Of a DNA stretch of 64,000 bases, positions 43,271 to 53,534 are shown in pieces. The notes beneath the pieces were generated by a model that had not been told where the DNA came from, made no database searches, and saw only the letters and a list, made by a program, of their open reading frames with translations. The position numbers were made by a program, and so were the translations under genes. How positions within the stretch are numbered: the first letter of the stretch is position 1; each line of letters begins with the position of its first letter. Origin of the DNA: a bacterium (lineage in GTDB: Bacteria > Zhuqueibacterota > Zhuqueibacteria > Zhuqueibacterales > Zhuqueibacteraceae); the NCBI GenBank assembly GCA_044869275.1, contig JBIOXB010000223.1:96001-160000 (forward strand), read 5' to 3'.

Positions 43271-43401
43271 CAGGATGCTGAAAAATTCTTTTTGAGGGCA
43301 TGCCCGCGAAAGCGGGTATCCAGAAAACCCAATGAAATCATGGCTTCCCGCTTTCGCGGGGATGACAAATCCGGCCAATTTGAGACTTTTTCAGCATCCT
43401 G
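43271..43401. mobile_element. 131-bp MITE with 15-bp TIRs, TTAG target duplication and an internal REP pair
   Basis: TTAG-CAGGATGCTGAAAAA ... TTTTTCAGCATCCTG-TTAG; inner CATGCCCGCGAAAGCGGGTATCCA / TGGCTTCCCGCTTTCGCGGGGATGAC. Confidence 0.88.
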
Positions 43402-43453
43402 TTAGAATCGTGAACGGCCAAATAGTTTTTTACAAATCTGTTCAGGAGGTTTT

Positions 43454-43858
43454 ATGCAAGTATTATTGCGCCTCTCCCTCACCGTTTTCGGCGCCATGGT
43501 GATGAGCTGCAGCTCGCCTGAGCGAGAACAGAATGCAACGGCGCAACGTAAGGACGGCCCGGCTCAGATCGCTCCGGCCAGCCAGGTTGAAATCAAAGTG
43601 CCAACCATACAATGCAAGAACTGTGTGGCCAATATTGAAAAAGCGCTGAAGGGATTGGAGGACGTGCAAAGCGCCAAAGTGAATTTGGAAAGCAAGCTGG
43701 TGGCGGTGAGCTATGACAGCAGCAAGCTGGCCCTCGGCGATTTGGAGAAAGCCATTGCGGCTGCGGGTTATGATGCGAACGATAAGAAACGCGATCCCGA
43801 GGCCTACGACATGCTTGATGCTTGTTGCAAAGAGCCTAAAGACGGCGGCGGGCATTGA
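43454..43858 (+). CDS. HMA-domain (CopZ/MerP-like) lipoprotein
   Basis: Lipobox-like MSC; IQCKNC; IAAAGY; C-terminal LDACC. Confidence 0.9.
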   Translation: MQVLLRLSLTVFGAMVMSCSSPEREQNATAQRKDGPAQIAPASQVEIKVPTIQCKNCVANIEKALKGLEDVQSAKVNLESKLVAVSYDSSKLALGDLEKAIAAAGYDANDKKRDPEAYDMLDACCKEPKDGGGH

Positions 43859-43888
43859 AGAGGCTTGGAGTGAGTACCTGAATTTTGA

Positions 43889-44032
43889 AACGAAAGCAGA
43901 ACCGCAACGAAAAATGCCTTTAGATCCGCGATCTTCATCGAGCATGCTCAAAAACACCAAGCCACCCATTGGGTGAGTTTCCATAAAGCTTTTGAATTGA
44001 AAATCTTCCTTCGTTGCGGTTCCTTTTTCGTT
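43889..44032. repeat. Inverted-repeat-bounded element (possible MITE relic)
   Basis: CGAAAGCAGAACCGCAACGAA ... TTCGTTGCGGTTCCTTTTTCG. Confidence 0.55.
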
Positions 44033-44247
44033 GCAAGCAATTTTTAGGTGCACAATTCAGGGAGTAGGGGTTCAGTGGCCAGCTTGTGGAACGCAAATAC
44101 TGGCCACTCTCCACCACTGACTTTATGGCAAATTGCCGACCTCGTCAACTACTCTGATCGAGAGGGCGTGCGGACGCCGACTGAAGGTCAAGCGGAGTCG
44201 CAGATACCGGGGAAAAATTCCCCTCAAGGCAAAATCAGGTCCAGGAG

Positions 44248-45627
44248 TTACGGTTTCGCAGCAGGCTTGACCTGTTCAGCGGATAAATATTTTTTGGTTT
44301 CCGAAGCAATCATTCCCGACAACGCCAGCAAACCCACGAGATTGGGCACGGCCATCAAGCCGTTCATTAAGTCTGCAAAGGACCAGACCAGCTCTAAATG
44401 TGCTATTGCTCCGATGGCGACGAAGATCGAAAAAATAACGCGATAGGGCTTGATCGACCGTGGACCGAGGAGATACTCGACTGACTTTTCACCATAATAA
44501 CTCCAGCCCAGCAGCGTCGAATACGCGAAGAGAATCAACCCAATCGCGACGATCAATCCGCCGCTTTCACCCGGCAAACCCGTGCTGAACGCCGCGGTGG
44601 TTAATTGCGCGCCGGTCTTGCCGCTGGTCCATACGCCGGTGGCGATGATGGTGAAGCCGGTGATGCTGCACACCACAATCGTATCGATGAATGTTTGCGT
44701 CATCGAAACCAATGCCTGGGTAACCGGATTCTTGGTTTGCGCGGCTGCCGCGGCAATGGGCGAGCTGCCCAGGCCGGACTCGTTGGAAAACACTCCACGC
44801 GCGACCCCGTAGCGAATGGACTGCATGACGGTGGCTCCGGCGAACCCCCCGATGGCAGCGCTCGGAGTGAAGGCATCCTTGAACACATAAAGAACGATGT
44901 CGGGAATGCCACGCCAATTGATCAGCAGCACGAGCAACCCTCCCGCCATGTATAGCAGGATCATGACGGGCACGAGAACGCTCGACGCCAAGGCAATGCT
45001 GCGGATGCCGCCCAGAATAACCAGTCCGGTCGCCACCGCTAACACAATGCCGGTCACGGCGTGCGGCACGCCAAAGGAACTCTGCATGGCATCGGCCACG
45101 GAATTGGATTGTACCATGTTGCCAATGCCGAAGGCAGCGATGGAGGCAAACAGCGCGAAGAGCGCACCCAGGAACTTGCCGAGGCGACGTTGCTTCAAGC
45201 CGCGCGACAAATAGTACATGGGTCCGCCGCTCATCGTGCCATACTCGTCCACCACGCGATATTTCACCGCCAGCACCGCCTCGGCATATTTGGTCGCCAT
45301 GCCGAACAACCCTGTGATCCACATCCAGAACAACGCGCCCGGCCCTCCCGAGGCAATCGCCGTGGCCACGCCGGCAATGTTGCCGGTACCCACCGTGGCC
45401 GCCAGTGCCGTCATCAATGCCTGAAAGTGGCTGATATCGCCTGCTTCGGCGCTGTCTTCTTTGCGCTTGATGAGCGCGAGATAGAGAGAATGCTTGAGCG
45501 TGCGGAACTGCAAACCGCGCAGCAGAAAAGTGAGATAGATGCCTGTGCCCACGAGCAGCACCAGCATGGGTGGGCCCCACACAAAACTGCCGGCCGCATT
45601 GATCCAATTCAAAATATCACTTTGCAC
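44248..45627 (-). CDS. Alanine/glycine:cation symporter (AGCS, AlsT-like)
   Basis: [29 protein letters not shown] and [12 protein letters not shown] motifs. Confidence 0.96.
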   Translation of the reverse strand: MQSDILNWINAAGSFVWGPPMLVLLVGTGIYLTFLLRGLQFRTLKHSLYLALIKRKEDSAEAGDISHFQALMTALAATVGTGNIAGVATAIASGGPGALFWMWITGLFGMATKYAEAVLAVKYRVVDEYGTMSGGPMYYLSRGLKQRRLGKFLGALFALFASIAAFGIGNMVQSNSVADAMQSSFGVPHAVTGIVLAVATGLVILGGIRSIALASSVLVPVMILLYMAGGLLVLLINWRGIPDIVLYVFKDAFTPSAAIGGFAGATVMQSIRYGVARGVFSNESGLGSSPIAAAAAQTKNPVTQALVSMTQTFIDTIVVCSITGFTIIATGVWTSGKTGAQLTTAAFSTGLPGESGGLIVAIGLILFAYSTLLGWSYYGEKSVEYLLGPRSIKPYRVIFSIFVAIGAIAHLELVWSFADLMNGLMAVPNLVGLLALSGMIASETKKYLSAEQVKPAAKP

Positions 45628-45708
45628 CCTTCCTCCTTGTCAATTGGTTGCTGGGAACGGTTGGCCATGGTCAAAGCTGCGCTGCGCCGGGGCAGCAGAA
45701 ACTGAGCA

Positions 45709-47043
45709 TCAGTACAATTTTTTCAATTGCGCGGCGCGGAAATAATGCTGCACGATTTCCTGCGCGGGGTAGCCTTTCATCGCCATCACCGCCGCGCCGA
45801 TTTGGCAAAGGCCCACACCGTGACCCCAGCCGGCGCCGTGCAGCGTAAATTGCGCCGGGAGGCCACGCGCGTCGCGTTTCGTTGCAACAACGAAGGCCGA
45901 GCTGTACAAATGGCTTCTGGAAAGCCAGCGGCGGATTTCCAATTCTTTGCCAACGACCAAAGCCAATTTCGTTCCCACAATTCTCAGCTTGACGATTCTG
46001 CCGGAGGCACCGCGTTGCAGCGGCACCAAATCGAGCAACGTCCCAAAATCGAAGCCGGATTTCTTGCGCAGGAGCTCTTCCAATTCCGCGCGCTCATAAG
46101 TAACCTGCCAGCGATAAAAATCCGTCGTTTCCCGGTCAAACGCCGGAAGTATCTGTTGCAGGATTCTCCCCTCGCTCGTGTTGCAGAATGCCTCGGGTTT
46201 GGAAAGGATCCAACGCTCCGCTTCGCCTTCGGATTGAATCGGCGGATAGTGCTGTTCGGCGTCGGCAATGCACTGCAGGTACGGCACCGGAGTGTCTTCC
46301 CAGGCATTTTCAAAGTTTTCGCTCAAGCCGCCGCAGGCTTTGGAGAAGCGCGCATCGCAGATTTCACCTTCATAAACCAGAAAAACGCCGCGCGTGGCGT
46401 GCATGGCCTCGGCAGCAGTGGCGGAAATGATTTTCGTTACGCCCTGGTAGCGCTGGCAGTGATCGTCCGCGCACACGTCGAACAAATCATGATCTTCGCG
46501 GTCATACCAGCGGATCAGCTCGCCTTCTATTTGCAGCGTGCGCCGTGAAATGCGGCCGCGCTCCAGCTCTTTTTTTTCGCGCTCGAGCATGGCCACCAGC
46601 CAGCTTCGCGAGGTGATCGCGTGCGCTTCGAGCAATGCCCGCGGCGCTTCCGCGCTCATCTCGGAGGAGATCACACTGGCGAGATAATCTTCGACGGAAA
46701 TCTCATTGATGGCCGCGATCGTACCGCCCTCGCGCCAGACCAGCCGCAAATTCCCCTGAAAATCCTGGTCCTCTTCTCTCTCCCAATGGAAATCGATCCC
46801 GATCACCACCTCGCGCAAAGTGAAGGTGGAGAGCGCGGCATTGTCGAAATGAATTTCTGCGGACCGTACCAATTCCTCGCCCGCGGGACTCTTCAGTACC
46901 AGGGCGCGATTCTCCACATGTACTTGAAACTCGCCGGTGAATGCACGAGTATGGTTGAGGCGAAATGTCCCATTGCATTTGCCACGCACGCTGTGGCGCT
47001 GGTTGAGAATGCCAACCTTAATGAATGGCTCTGTCCTGATCAT
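45709..47043 (-). CDS. SpoIID/LytB-domain protein
   Basis: VEDYLASVISSEM, DVCADDHCQRYQG and GAGWGHGVGLCQIGA motifs. Confidence 0.93.
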   Translation of the reverse strand: MIRTEPFIKVGILNQRHSVRGKCNGTFRLNHTRAFTGEFQVHVENRALVLKSPAGEELVRSAEIHFDNAALSTFTLREVVIGIDFHWEREEDQDFQGNLRLVWREGGTIAAINEISVEDYLASVISSEMSAEAPRALLEAHAITSRSWLVAMLEREKKELERGRISRRTLQIEGELIRWYDREDHDLFDVCADDHCQRYQGVTKIISATAAEAMHATRGVFLVYEGEICDARFSKACGGLSENFENAWEDTPVPYLQCIADAEQHYPPIQSEGEAERWILSKPEAFCNTSEGRILQQILPAFDRETTDFYRWQVTYERAELEELLRKKSGFDFGTLLDLVPLQRGASGRIVKLRIVGTKLALVVGKELEIRRWLSRSHLYSSAFVVATKRDARGLPAQFTLHGAGWGHGVGLCQIGAAVMAMKGYPAQEIVQHYFRAAQLKKLY

Positions 47044-48023
47044 AATAAAGAGAAAATCCGTCGTAGGGTTTCAGAGGTGATGGAAACTTCACGAAAAATG
47101 CTCGCCACGAGTGGCGCGTCAACCTGCAGGCAGTCCTTTTCAATCGGCGTGATGATCAGGCCGCCCATGTCAACCGATGCCGGGCTGATGAAGACACGCT
47201 CCTCGCCTTCACGGAAATAGGCGTCCGGGCGGTGCTTGCGGCGCGGGAAGATGAGCACTTGAAAGAGGTCGTCGCGGAATGAACAGATCAGGTTCATCAT
47301 GGGCTCGTCTGTGCCGCCCATCGCTTCCTTCATGGCTGCGAAGGTGCGCAGCAGCGCCAGCGCCATGGCGTCCTCCTCAAAGCCGGCCAGCAGCAACATC
47401 TTGCGCCCCAGTTTTTGAATCTTGTGCACCGCAACGCCTAGCACGGTCTTAACCAAGAGGCGGTGAGTGGTTTCGTGGATTTGCGTTTCCGCGGGAATGG
47501 CGCCGGCGGGGCAGGCTTGGAAATGCAAATGATCGGGAGCGGAGGCACCACATTGCGGGCCATTGTAAAACACCGTGAAATGCGGACTAAAATCCTTCGC
47601 CAGCTGCAAAAGGCTTGCAATGGGTTCCGCGAGGGCTTGCGGGCGGTGCTGCGCGTGCGCGATCGTGTAGTGTTGCGCAAAGATTGGCGCGGGATTGCAG
47701 AGCACGAGAAAATCATCGCGATAGGATATGCCTTGTTGCAGCTCGGGCAAGTTTTCCAGGCACAGGAAGCACGGCCGCGCCTGAATGGATTGCGCATCCA
47801 CTTTTGCACCACTGCTGATCATGCGTTGCGGGTTGTATTGCAAGCGCACCAAAAAGCCGTCGCCTTGCAGCTCGCGCACGCGCGCGCTTTCGCGGGCGCG
47901 ATAATTCTCGCCGAGCTGGGGCCAGGTTCTTGTTTGCTGTTCGAGCAAATCCAGCGCAAGCTGGGAAAGGGAAGGTGAATGCAGCGAAGGATCGTAGCGC
48001 GCGAAGATTCTGCCGTTTTGCAA
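47040..48023 (-). CDS. DUF4922 family protein (HIT-like / GDP-hexose phosphorylase-like)
   Basis: QYNPQRMISSGAK, RPCFLC and YNGPQCGASAPDHLHFQ motifs. Confidence 0.9.
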   Translation of the reverse strand: MQNGRIFARYDPSLHSPSLSQLALDLLEQQTRTWPQLGENYRARESARVRELQGDGFLVRLQYNPQRMISSGAKVDAQSIQARPCFLCLENLPELQQGISYRDDFLVLCNPAPIFAQHYTIAHAQHRPQALAEPIASLLQLAKDFSPHFTVFYNGPQCGASAPDHLHFQACPAGAIPAETQIHETTHRLLVKTVLGVAVHKIQKLGRKMLLLAGFEEDAMALALLRTFAAMKEAMGGTDEPMMNLICSFRDDLFQVLIFPRRKHRPDAYFREGEERVFISPASVDMGGLIITPIEKDCLQVDAPLVASIFREVSITSETLRRIFSLL

Positions 48024-48056
48024 AGGTTTGCTCCTCCTGTTTCTAATGGTGGAAAT

Positions 48057-49529
48057 TCACCCGCGTCGGCGATTGATTTGTTGCCGCGCGAGGATTTCTA
48101 TGGAGCGGATTTTATCTTTGTAGTAATCGTTGCAATTGCTTTTTTCGATGGGCAGCGCGGCGTCGGTGTTGCCCTCCCAGCGGCGGCAAAGATAAACGGC
48201 AGCATAAATTCGGCCGATTTGATATTCGCGGGACAGCCTCAACGCCACGGCGTAGTCTTCGCCGTAGCTGACATTGGGAAGGCCGGTCTCGCGCAGCAGG
48301 GCGGTGTTGAACGCGCGCGGCGCGCCCAGGCCGTTGATGCGCAGAGCGTTGTTGCGGCCATTGTTTGGCGTCCATTCTCGATGGTCGATCAAGCCCGGCG
48401 GAATTTCCTCGAGATTCATGTTCACCAGCCGGTACGAGCCGATGACCATGGCAAAGTCGCCACGATGGAATTCCTCCACCATCGTTTGCAGTGAGTCCGG
48501 GCCGCTGTACACGTCGTCGGAATCGAGCTGGACGGCATATTTGCCGCAATGCTCGGAAGCGACGGCGTCGTTCCAGCAGCCGCCAATGCCGAGGTCGCGG
48601 CGGGCGGGAATAACATGTTTCAAAGCCGGATGCTGCGCCGACAGGCCCTTCAGTTTCTCCGTCGTACCGTCGGTGGAGTGATTGTCAACCACGATGACGT
48701 TGAAAGGAAAGTTTGTTTTCTGCGTGAGTGCGCTGTGCGCGGCGTCGGCAATCGTGCGCACGCGGTTGCGCACGGGGATAATGACGCTCGCCGCCACGGG
48801 AAAAGTTTGCGAGGGCTGGGGCGGTTTTTTAAAGCGCGGCAAGAGATAAGCGCCGAGCCGTTTGAGATGCCGCGTCGCGACTTTTTCCATTTCCAGTTGC
48901 ACCGCGTGCTGGCGCGGATCGACGTAATCAAACTGTTTCTCGCCGCTCTGGCGCAGGTCCGATTCGGCTTTGGTGTAGAGATACTCTTGCAGGTGGAACA
49001 ACGCATGGTCGAGCGACAGCTTCAAACGCAGATCATACAGGCCGGCAAATTCGAGGCTCGCCACCGCCCCGTATCGCTTCAAGGCCGCGCGTACGGCGGC
49101 GACATTGAACAGCAACAGCGCGCCGAAATCGAAATTGTCGCGAATGCTGCCGAACTGATAATCATTCAGCGGATGCTCGAAGCGCTCGCCCTTCTTGATC
49201 TCATAAAAATCCGAATATACCATGCCGGCACGCGTGCTTCTGGCCACGGCCAGAAATCTCTCCAATGCGCGCTGTCCCAATTGAATATCATCTGCTGGCG
49301 GGATGAGCAAGAGGTAGTCGGTTTTGACTCTCTTTAAAACTGTGTTTAAAGTTTTGCCGGAATGGAAGGCAGCCGTTTGCAGCCCCTCACATTTCGGATA
49401 TTCGGGCAACGCCGCGCCCCCATGCAGGATCAGAATTTTTTTAACCAAAGCGGTAGTGCAAAACTGCTGCAGCGTGACGGAGAATCGTTCGGAGGGATGA
49501 AAGGGAAGAACGACGGTCAAATCACTCAT
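48057..49529 (-). CDS. Glycosyltransferase family 2 protein
   Basis: SVIIPVRNR, VVDNHSTDGT, QLDSDD and SYGEDY motifs. Confidence 0.93.
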   Translation of the reverse strand: MSDLTVVLPFHPSERFSVTLQQFCTTALVKKILILHGGAALPEYPKCEGLQTAAFHSGKTLNTVLKRVKTDYLLLIPPADDIQLGQRALERFLAVARSTRAGMVYSDFYEIKKGERFEHPLNDYQFGSIRDNFDFGALLLFNVAAVRAALKRYGAVASLEFAGLYDLRLKLSLDHALFHLQEYLYTKAESDLRQSGEKQFDYVDPRQHAVQLEMEKVATRHLKRLGAYLLPRFKKPPQPSQTFPVAASVIIPVRNRVRTIADAAHSALTQKTNFPFNVIVVDNHSTDGTTEKLKGLSAQHPALKHVIPARRDLGIGGCWNDAVASEHCGKYAVQLDSDDVYSGPDSLQTMVEEFHRGDFAMVIGSYRLVNMNLEEIPPGLIDHREWTPNNGRNNALRINGLGAPRAFNTALLRETGLPNVSYGEDYAVALRLSREYQIGRIYAAVYLCRRWEGNTDAALPIEKSNCNDYYKDKIRSIEILARQQINRRRG

Positions 49530-49579
49530 GAAGTTTCCTCGTCTTGAGACGGCAGCTTCCAGGCCAATAAAGATTGATT

Positions 49580-49608
49580 AAAATACAGGAAATCAATCTT
49601 ACAAGCAA
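49580..49608 (-). promoter_or_regulatory. Sigma70-type promoter of the GT2 operon
   Basis: Minus strand TTGCTT-17 nt-TATTTT. Confidence 0.55.
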
Positions 49609-49675
49609 CCGGAAATCAGATTTGCGGTTTGGTGAGATTTTGTTACATTTTTACGTCACAAGGCACGAGACCCAA

Positions 49676-50341
49676 ATGAAGCTCTTGATCGCTTTGCTCA
49701 AAGCCGTTTTGCCATTCTTGATGGGATTTAACACTTTGCTTTTCGCAGCGAATTTTGTTCCCGCCAATCATCCCCACATCCCATACTTGGGCAGATGGGA
49801 TAAGACCGATCCCTTGCAGCCAAAACATTCCTGGCCCGGCGTTTCCATTTATGCGGAATTCAGCGGCACCAGCGTTGGAGTGCGCATGGCCGACCACGAC
49901 CATTATTTCAATGTTTACATCGACGGCAAATTTTGCAGCGTGTTTCACGGCAGCCAGTCCGCTGAAGCGGATTATATCCTGGCGGAAGGCCTGGAAGAAG
50001 GGAAGCATACATTTCTATTGACGAAACGAAACTGCGCACAGAACAGGGCGTATGCACTCTCGGGGTTGTTGCTTGATGACGGCGGGAAACTCCTGGCACC
50101 GCCCCGCCGCGACGAGAGGCGCAGAATTGAGTTCATCGGGGATTCGTGAAAATGTTCGGCAGGTCGTTGCGGCTGAAAGCGCAAAAAGCCAGCAGGATGT
50201 TTATTATGCGCAGTTCGACTATTTCGAAGGCGGATACGTGGCGAACGGGCATCCGTCGGCCTCAACGCACGAAAAATCGCGGCGCAATTGATCGCAGCGA
50301 TCGCGGCGATGAATAAACGCTTCTCCAGAAGTCATCCATGA
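49676..50341 (+). pseudogene. SGNH/GDSL (CE2-like) esterase with large internal deletion and frameshift
   Basis: N-terminal domain stops at IEFIGDS*; the C-terminal NGHPS..H segment follows in another frame; a further -1 shift lies in the A run at ~50272. Confidence 0.85.
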
Positions 50342-50990
50342 ACAAACTGGCTTTTTTTGCTGTGTTGTTTTCATCGGCAGCAGCCTTTTCTCAAAAATTT
50401 GACGGCCTGGCATTGACGCCACCCATGGGCTGGAATAGCTGGAATAAGTTCGCCTGCTCGACATGCAGGAGGGGTTGCGCGTTCATGCCGGCCCTGACCA
50501 CTGGAATGATCCGGATATGATGGAAGTCGGGAACGGCATGAAGGTCAATGAAGACCGCGCACATTTTTTCATGTGGTGCATGCTGGCAGCACCGCTGATT
50601 GCCGGCAATGATTTGAGAAAGATGTCGAAAGAAACGGTTGAGATTTTGACAAACCGTGAAGCCATAGGCGTGAATCAAGATTCACTCGGCATCCAGGGAC
50701 TCAAATACTCGACGATGGACAGTCTCGAAATCTGGTTCAAACCCTTGGCAAAAAGTGAATGGGCGGTGTGTTTCTTGAATCGCGGAGCAGGAGCGAAGGA
50801 CCTGACATTTTCCTGGCAAGAGCACAAGATATTGGACACCCATTCCAAAAGGGAATTCGATTGCACGCAGAGCGCTTACACCATCCGCGATCTCTGGGTG
50901 AAAAAAGACCTCGGAAAAACAAACAAGGCTTTTGTGACACGGGTGGCATCACATGATGCAAAACTGCTGAAGTTGCGGCCCGTGCAATGA
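50338..50990 (+). pseudogene. GH27 alpha-galactosidase with most of the catalytic barrel deleted
   Basis: LALTPPMGWNSWNKFAC is joined out of frame to AGPDHWNDPDMMEVGNG...APLIAGNDL...NQDSLG. Confidence 0.9.
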
Positions 50991-51131
50991 TCAGGGATGA
51001 ACCAAGCGATAGCTCACGAAAGCAACGTTTTCACTGTTCGGCGACCAAGAGGGAACATTGATGGTGCCCTGTCCGCCGAAGAGTTTGGCGATTACGCGAA
51101 TCTCACCGCCTGCCGCCGGCATGAGCCTGTA
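50991..51131 (-). pseudogene. C-terminal remnant of a TolB/PD40-family protein
   Basis: Manual translation [45 protein letters not shown]. Confidence 0.75.
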
Positions 51132-51142
51132 TCTGAATCATC

Positions 51143-53227
51143 TCACTGGATCACCATCATCTTCATCGAATCAACCCAGGTGCGGCCATCGACCGTCAGG
51201 CGAAGGTGAACGAAATACAGCCCGCTGGCGACTTTGGTTCCCGTGTCGGTATCGGCGTTCCAAGCGAGTGTATATTGCCCCGAAGGAAGATCGTTGTGTT
51301 CCAGCGTGCGCACCAACTGTCCGGCGATATCATACACGCCAAGGTGTACTTCGCCGCGGGCGGGCAATGAGTAAGTTATCTGCGTGGTAGGATTGAAAGG
51401 GTTGGGATAATTTTGCAGCAGGCCAAACCCTTCCGGAGCCTTCCCATTTCTTCCCTCCTGAACCTCGGTCGGATTGGGCTTGCCCGTCGGCGAGTACGAA
51501 GCCTCGATCGCGCCGGCAAGATAGACGAGCGGCGCATTCCAGTTGATCGCAATTTCATTCGAGGCGTAACTGCACACGTCGTCTAAATATGATCTTGCCC
51601 TTTCTGTGCCGATATAGCCGGAACACCCATCCTCTCTTCTTGGGTTCGGCCCCCCGGCGAGTAACCCCGGAACGGGATCGACCACGCCGTCGGCCTGCGA
51701 TTGGCGATGGTGGATGTGCATCGGCGGCTTCCTGCCAAATCCGGTCACAAAACAGAAGCCCACGGCATTACGCCCCAGCAGGTAATCGAGATTTTGTATC
51801 GCCGCATCCAGAAACGAGGCCTCGCCGGTGAGATTATAAGCCTGAATTAACGCCATGCCCTGATTGGCGGCGATGGCATTGCTGCCCCAGACAAAATCGT
51901 TGTTCGATTCACCCATCGCCACGTGATAAGCGGAAATCGCAGCTTGATTTCTCAACCTTCCGGCTAAGTTGAGCAAGGCTGAAATGGCGAAGGTAGTGTC
52001 AATCGCATTTCCAAGCTCGGCGCGATGAACGACCAGCGAATACAGGCCGAGCGTGTTGACAGTTGGCCAGGCCGGCACACCAAACGGACCGGCGAGCGGG
52101 TTGTAAGCAGCCAGGAAGCTGTCCGCTTTGGTAGTTATGAACAGTTCCGCGGCTGCCCACTGGAATTCGTCTGTAAAACTGCCGTCCCCATACTCGCCGG
52201 TGGTGATGTCGGGATTATAGGCCGTGTTCAATGCACTCTGATTGTAGCGCAGGTTGGGATTCTTGCGCGCCCATCTCCAGGCCTGGAGAGCTGCGGCAAG
52301 ACATGTTTGTGCGAACCCCGGCATTTCCGAGGAGAAGTCCTCGAAGATGCGGCTGGTCTGCGCCATCACCGCGGCAAAATTGAGAGTCGCTGCCGTGCCT
52401 TTTTGCACGACATATCTTCGCGCCGTGTCTTGATGCGGCATCACCATGCCGCTAAAGTTTGCGGTGGTGAGCTTATGATAAACGCCGCCATCATTCGGAT
52501 CCTGCATGGTCAGCATCCAGGTGATATTCCAAAGGGCTTCATCCAGAATATCCGGGAGGTTGTTGCCGCTCTCTGGAATGTTGAGCTTGAATTCGCGATA
52601 ATATTCCGGAAAATGCTCGTACGCGGCCAGCACGGTGTAGGTACTGATGCCGGAATTCACCATGTACTTGTTGTAATCTCCCGCGTCGTACCAGCCCCTC
52701 GCGGAAGAGATGATGGTATTTTCCGGTCGCGCCGCTGTTGCCGCGGAAGCATGCACCCATACCTGCGTATCCAAATGTCCGGCGGGACGCTGCCATTTTC
52801 CGGCATATGGCGCGCTGAGTGCGGTGGAAACACGTTGAAAATAATACCCTTTTACGGCCGCCGCAGACAGATCCTGATGAACATACTCCTGAATGGAAAA
52901 TGGATGCGACTTGCCCAGGCCGGGAACGATGATGGTGTACTCGCCCGTTTCCTGGAATGCACTAAAATCGATTCGTTTCACCGTCTCCCCGGAATGCGGC
53001 CAATTCTGCGCCGCTCCCAATGCACCGGTAAACACCGTATCGGCCTGGCTCGTGGAGGTCAAATAAAATACGTTGCTCGTTGCGCCCACGGCGACGGCGA
53101 ATTTCGGCCCTTTCGGATAAAAGCCGATCTGGTTCAGTCGCAGGGCTTCTTGCCCCTGAACGGTTTGGGTGAGTAATGCAAAGATGCAAGCGGCCAGAAT
53201 GGCTCTTGATGTTTTCAAGGGTTTCAT
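51143..53227 (-). CDS. GH9 endoglucanase with N-terminal Ig-like domain and T9SS-type CTD
   Basis: RLNQIGF, GWYDAGDYNKY, HHR, SYASNEIAINWNA and QNYPNPFNP motifs; ATG at 53227. Confidence 0.95.
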   Translation of the reverse strand: MKPLKTSRAILAACIFALLTQTVQGQEALRLNQIGFYPKGPKFAVAVGATSNVFYLTSTSQADTVFTGALGAAQNWPHSGETVKRIDFSAFQETGEYTIIVPGLGKSHPFSIQEYVHQDLSAAAVKGYYFQRVSTALSAPYAGKWQRPAGHLDTQVWVHASAATAARPENTIISSARGWYDAGDYNKYMVNSGISTYTVLAAYEHFPEYYREFKLNIPESGNNLPDILDEALWNITWMLTMQDPNDGGVYHKLTTANFSGMVMPHQDTARRYVVQKGTAATLNFAAVMAQTSRIFEDFSSEMPGFAQTCLAAALQAWRWARKNPNLRYNQSALNTAYNPDITTGEYGDGSFTDEFQWAAAELFITTKADSFLAAYNPLAGPFGVPAWPTVNTLGLYSLVVHRAELGNAIDTTFAISALLNLAGRLRNQAAISAYHVAMGESNNDFVWGSNAIAANQGMALIQAYNLTGEASFLDAAIQNLDYLLGRNAVGFCFVTGFGRKPPMHIHHRQSQADGVVDPVPGLLAGGPNPRREDGCSGYIGTERARSYLDDVCSYASNEIAINWNAPLVYLAGAIEASYSPTGKPNPTEVQEGRNGKAPEGFGLLQNYPNPFNPTTQITYSLPARGEVHLGVYDIAGQLVRTLEHNDLPSGQYTLAWNADTDTGTKVASGLYFVHLRLTVDGRTWVDSMKMMVIQ

Positions 53228-53280
53228 CTCGGCTCCTAACTTATCGCGTTTTTCAATTGAGTATAGAGGTAAACCACTTC

Positions 53281-53497
53281 TGTCATCCCGAAGCTTCGGG
53301 ATCTTCTCTCGCACTGGGCACAATTCCAATATGAGGCTTTGTCCAGGCACTTGGGAAGATTCAGACTGTGTGAAGACGCTTGGTTTCAACGCCGGCTGAG
53401 CTTGTCGAAGGCGGATTTTTTGAACTTAGCACCCTTCGACAAGCTCAGGGTGCGGTATTCTCAAGTTTTCACACAGTCTGATTCCTTCTGAATGACA
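53281..53497. repeat. REP-like element (TGTCATCCCGAAG...AAGATTCCTTCTGAATGACA) interrupted by a MITE
   Basis: Removing 53362-53483 restores the right arm. Confidence 0.7.
53362..53480 (+). mobile_element. 119-bp MITE, copy A
   Basis: TIRs CAGACTGTGTGAA / TTCACACAGTCTG; ATT duplicated on both sides; internal CTGAGCTTGTCGAAG / CTTCGACAAGCTCAG. Confidence 0.85.
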
Positions 53498-53534
53498 TTT
53501 ATGAAATGGCTACAAAAATTAGGGTGGCATCGTG

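Noticed and set aside
44060..44118. tRNA/tmRNA fragment (ends CACTCTCCACCA) as an island att site
   Set aside because: No T-arm GTTC motif or cloverleaf; it fits a degenerate GGAGTA/CACTCC octamer-type hairpin better.
45628..45708. Glycine riboswitch upstream of the Ala/Gly symporter
   Set aside because: The gap is only ~80 nt and lacks the aptamer motifs; the gene appears operonic.
53228..53389. N-terminal extension of GH9 given by the ORF track (likewise 58494-58820 and 61928-62077)
   Set aside because: These extensions run through repeat DNA or neighbouring genes; downstream ATGs give proper signal peptides.
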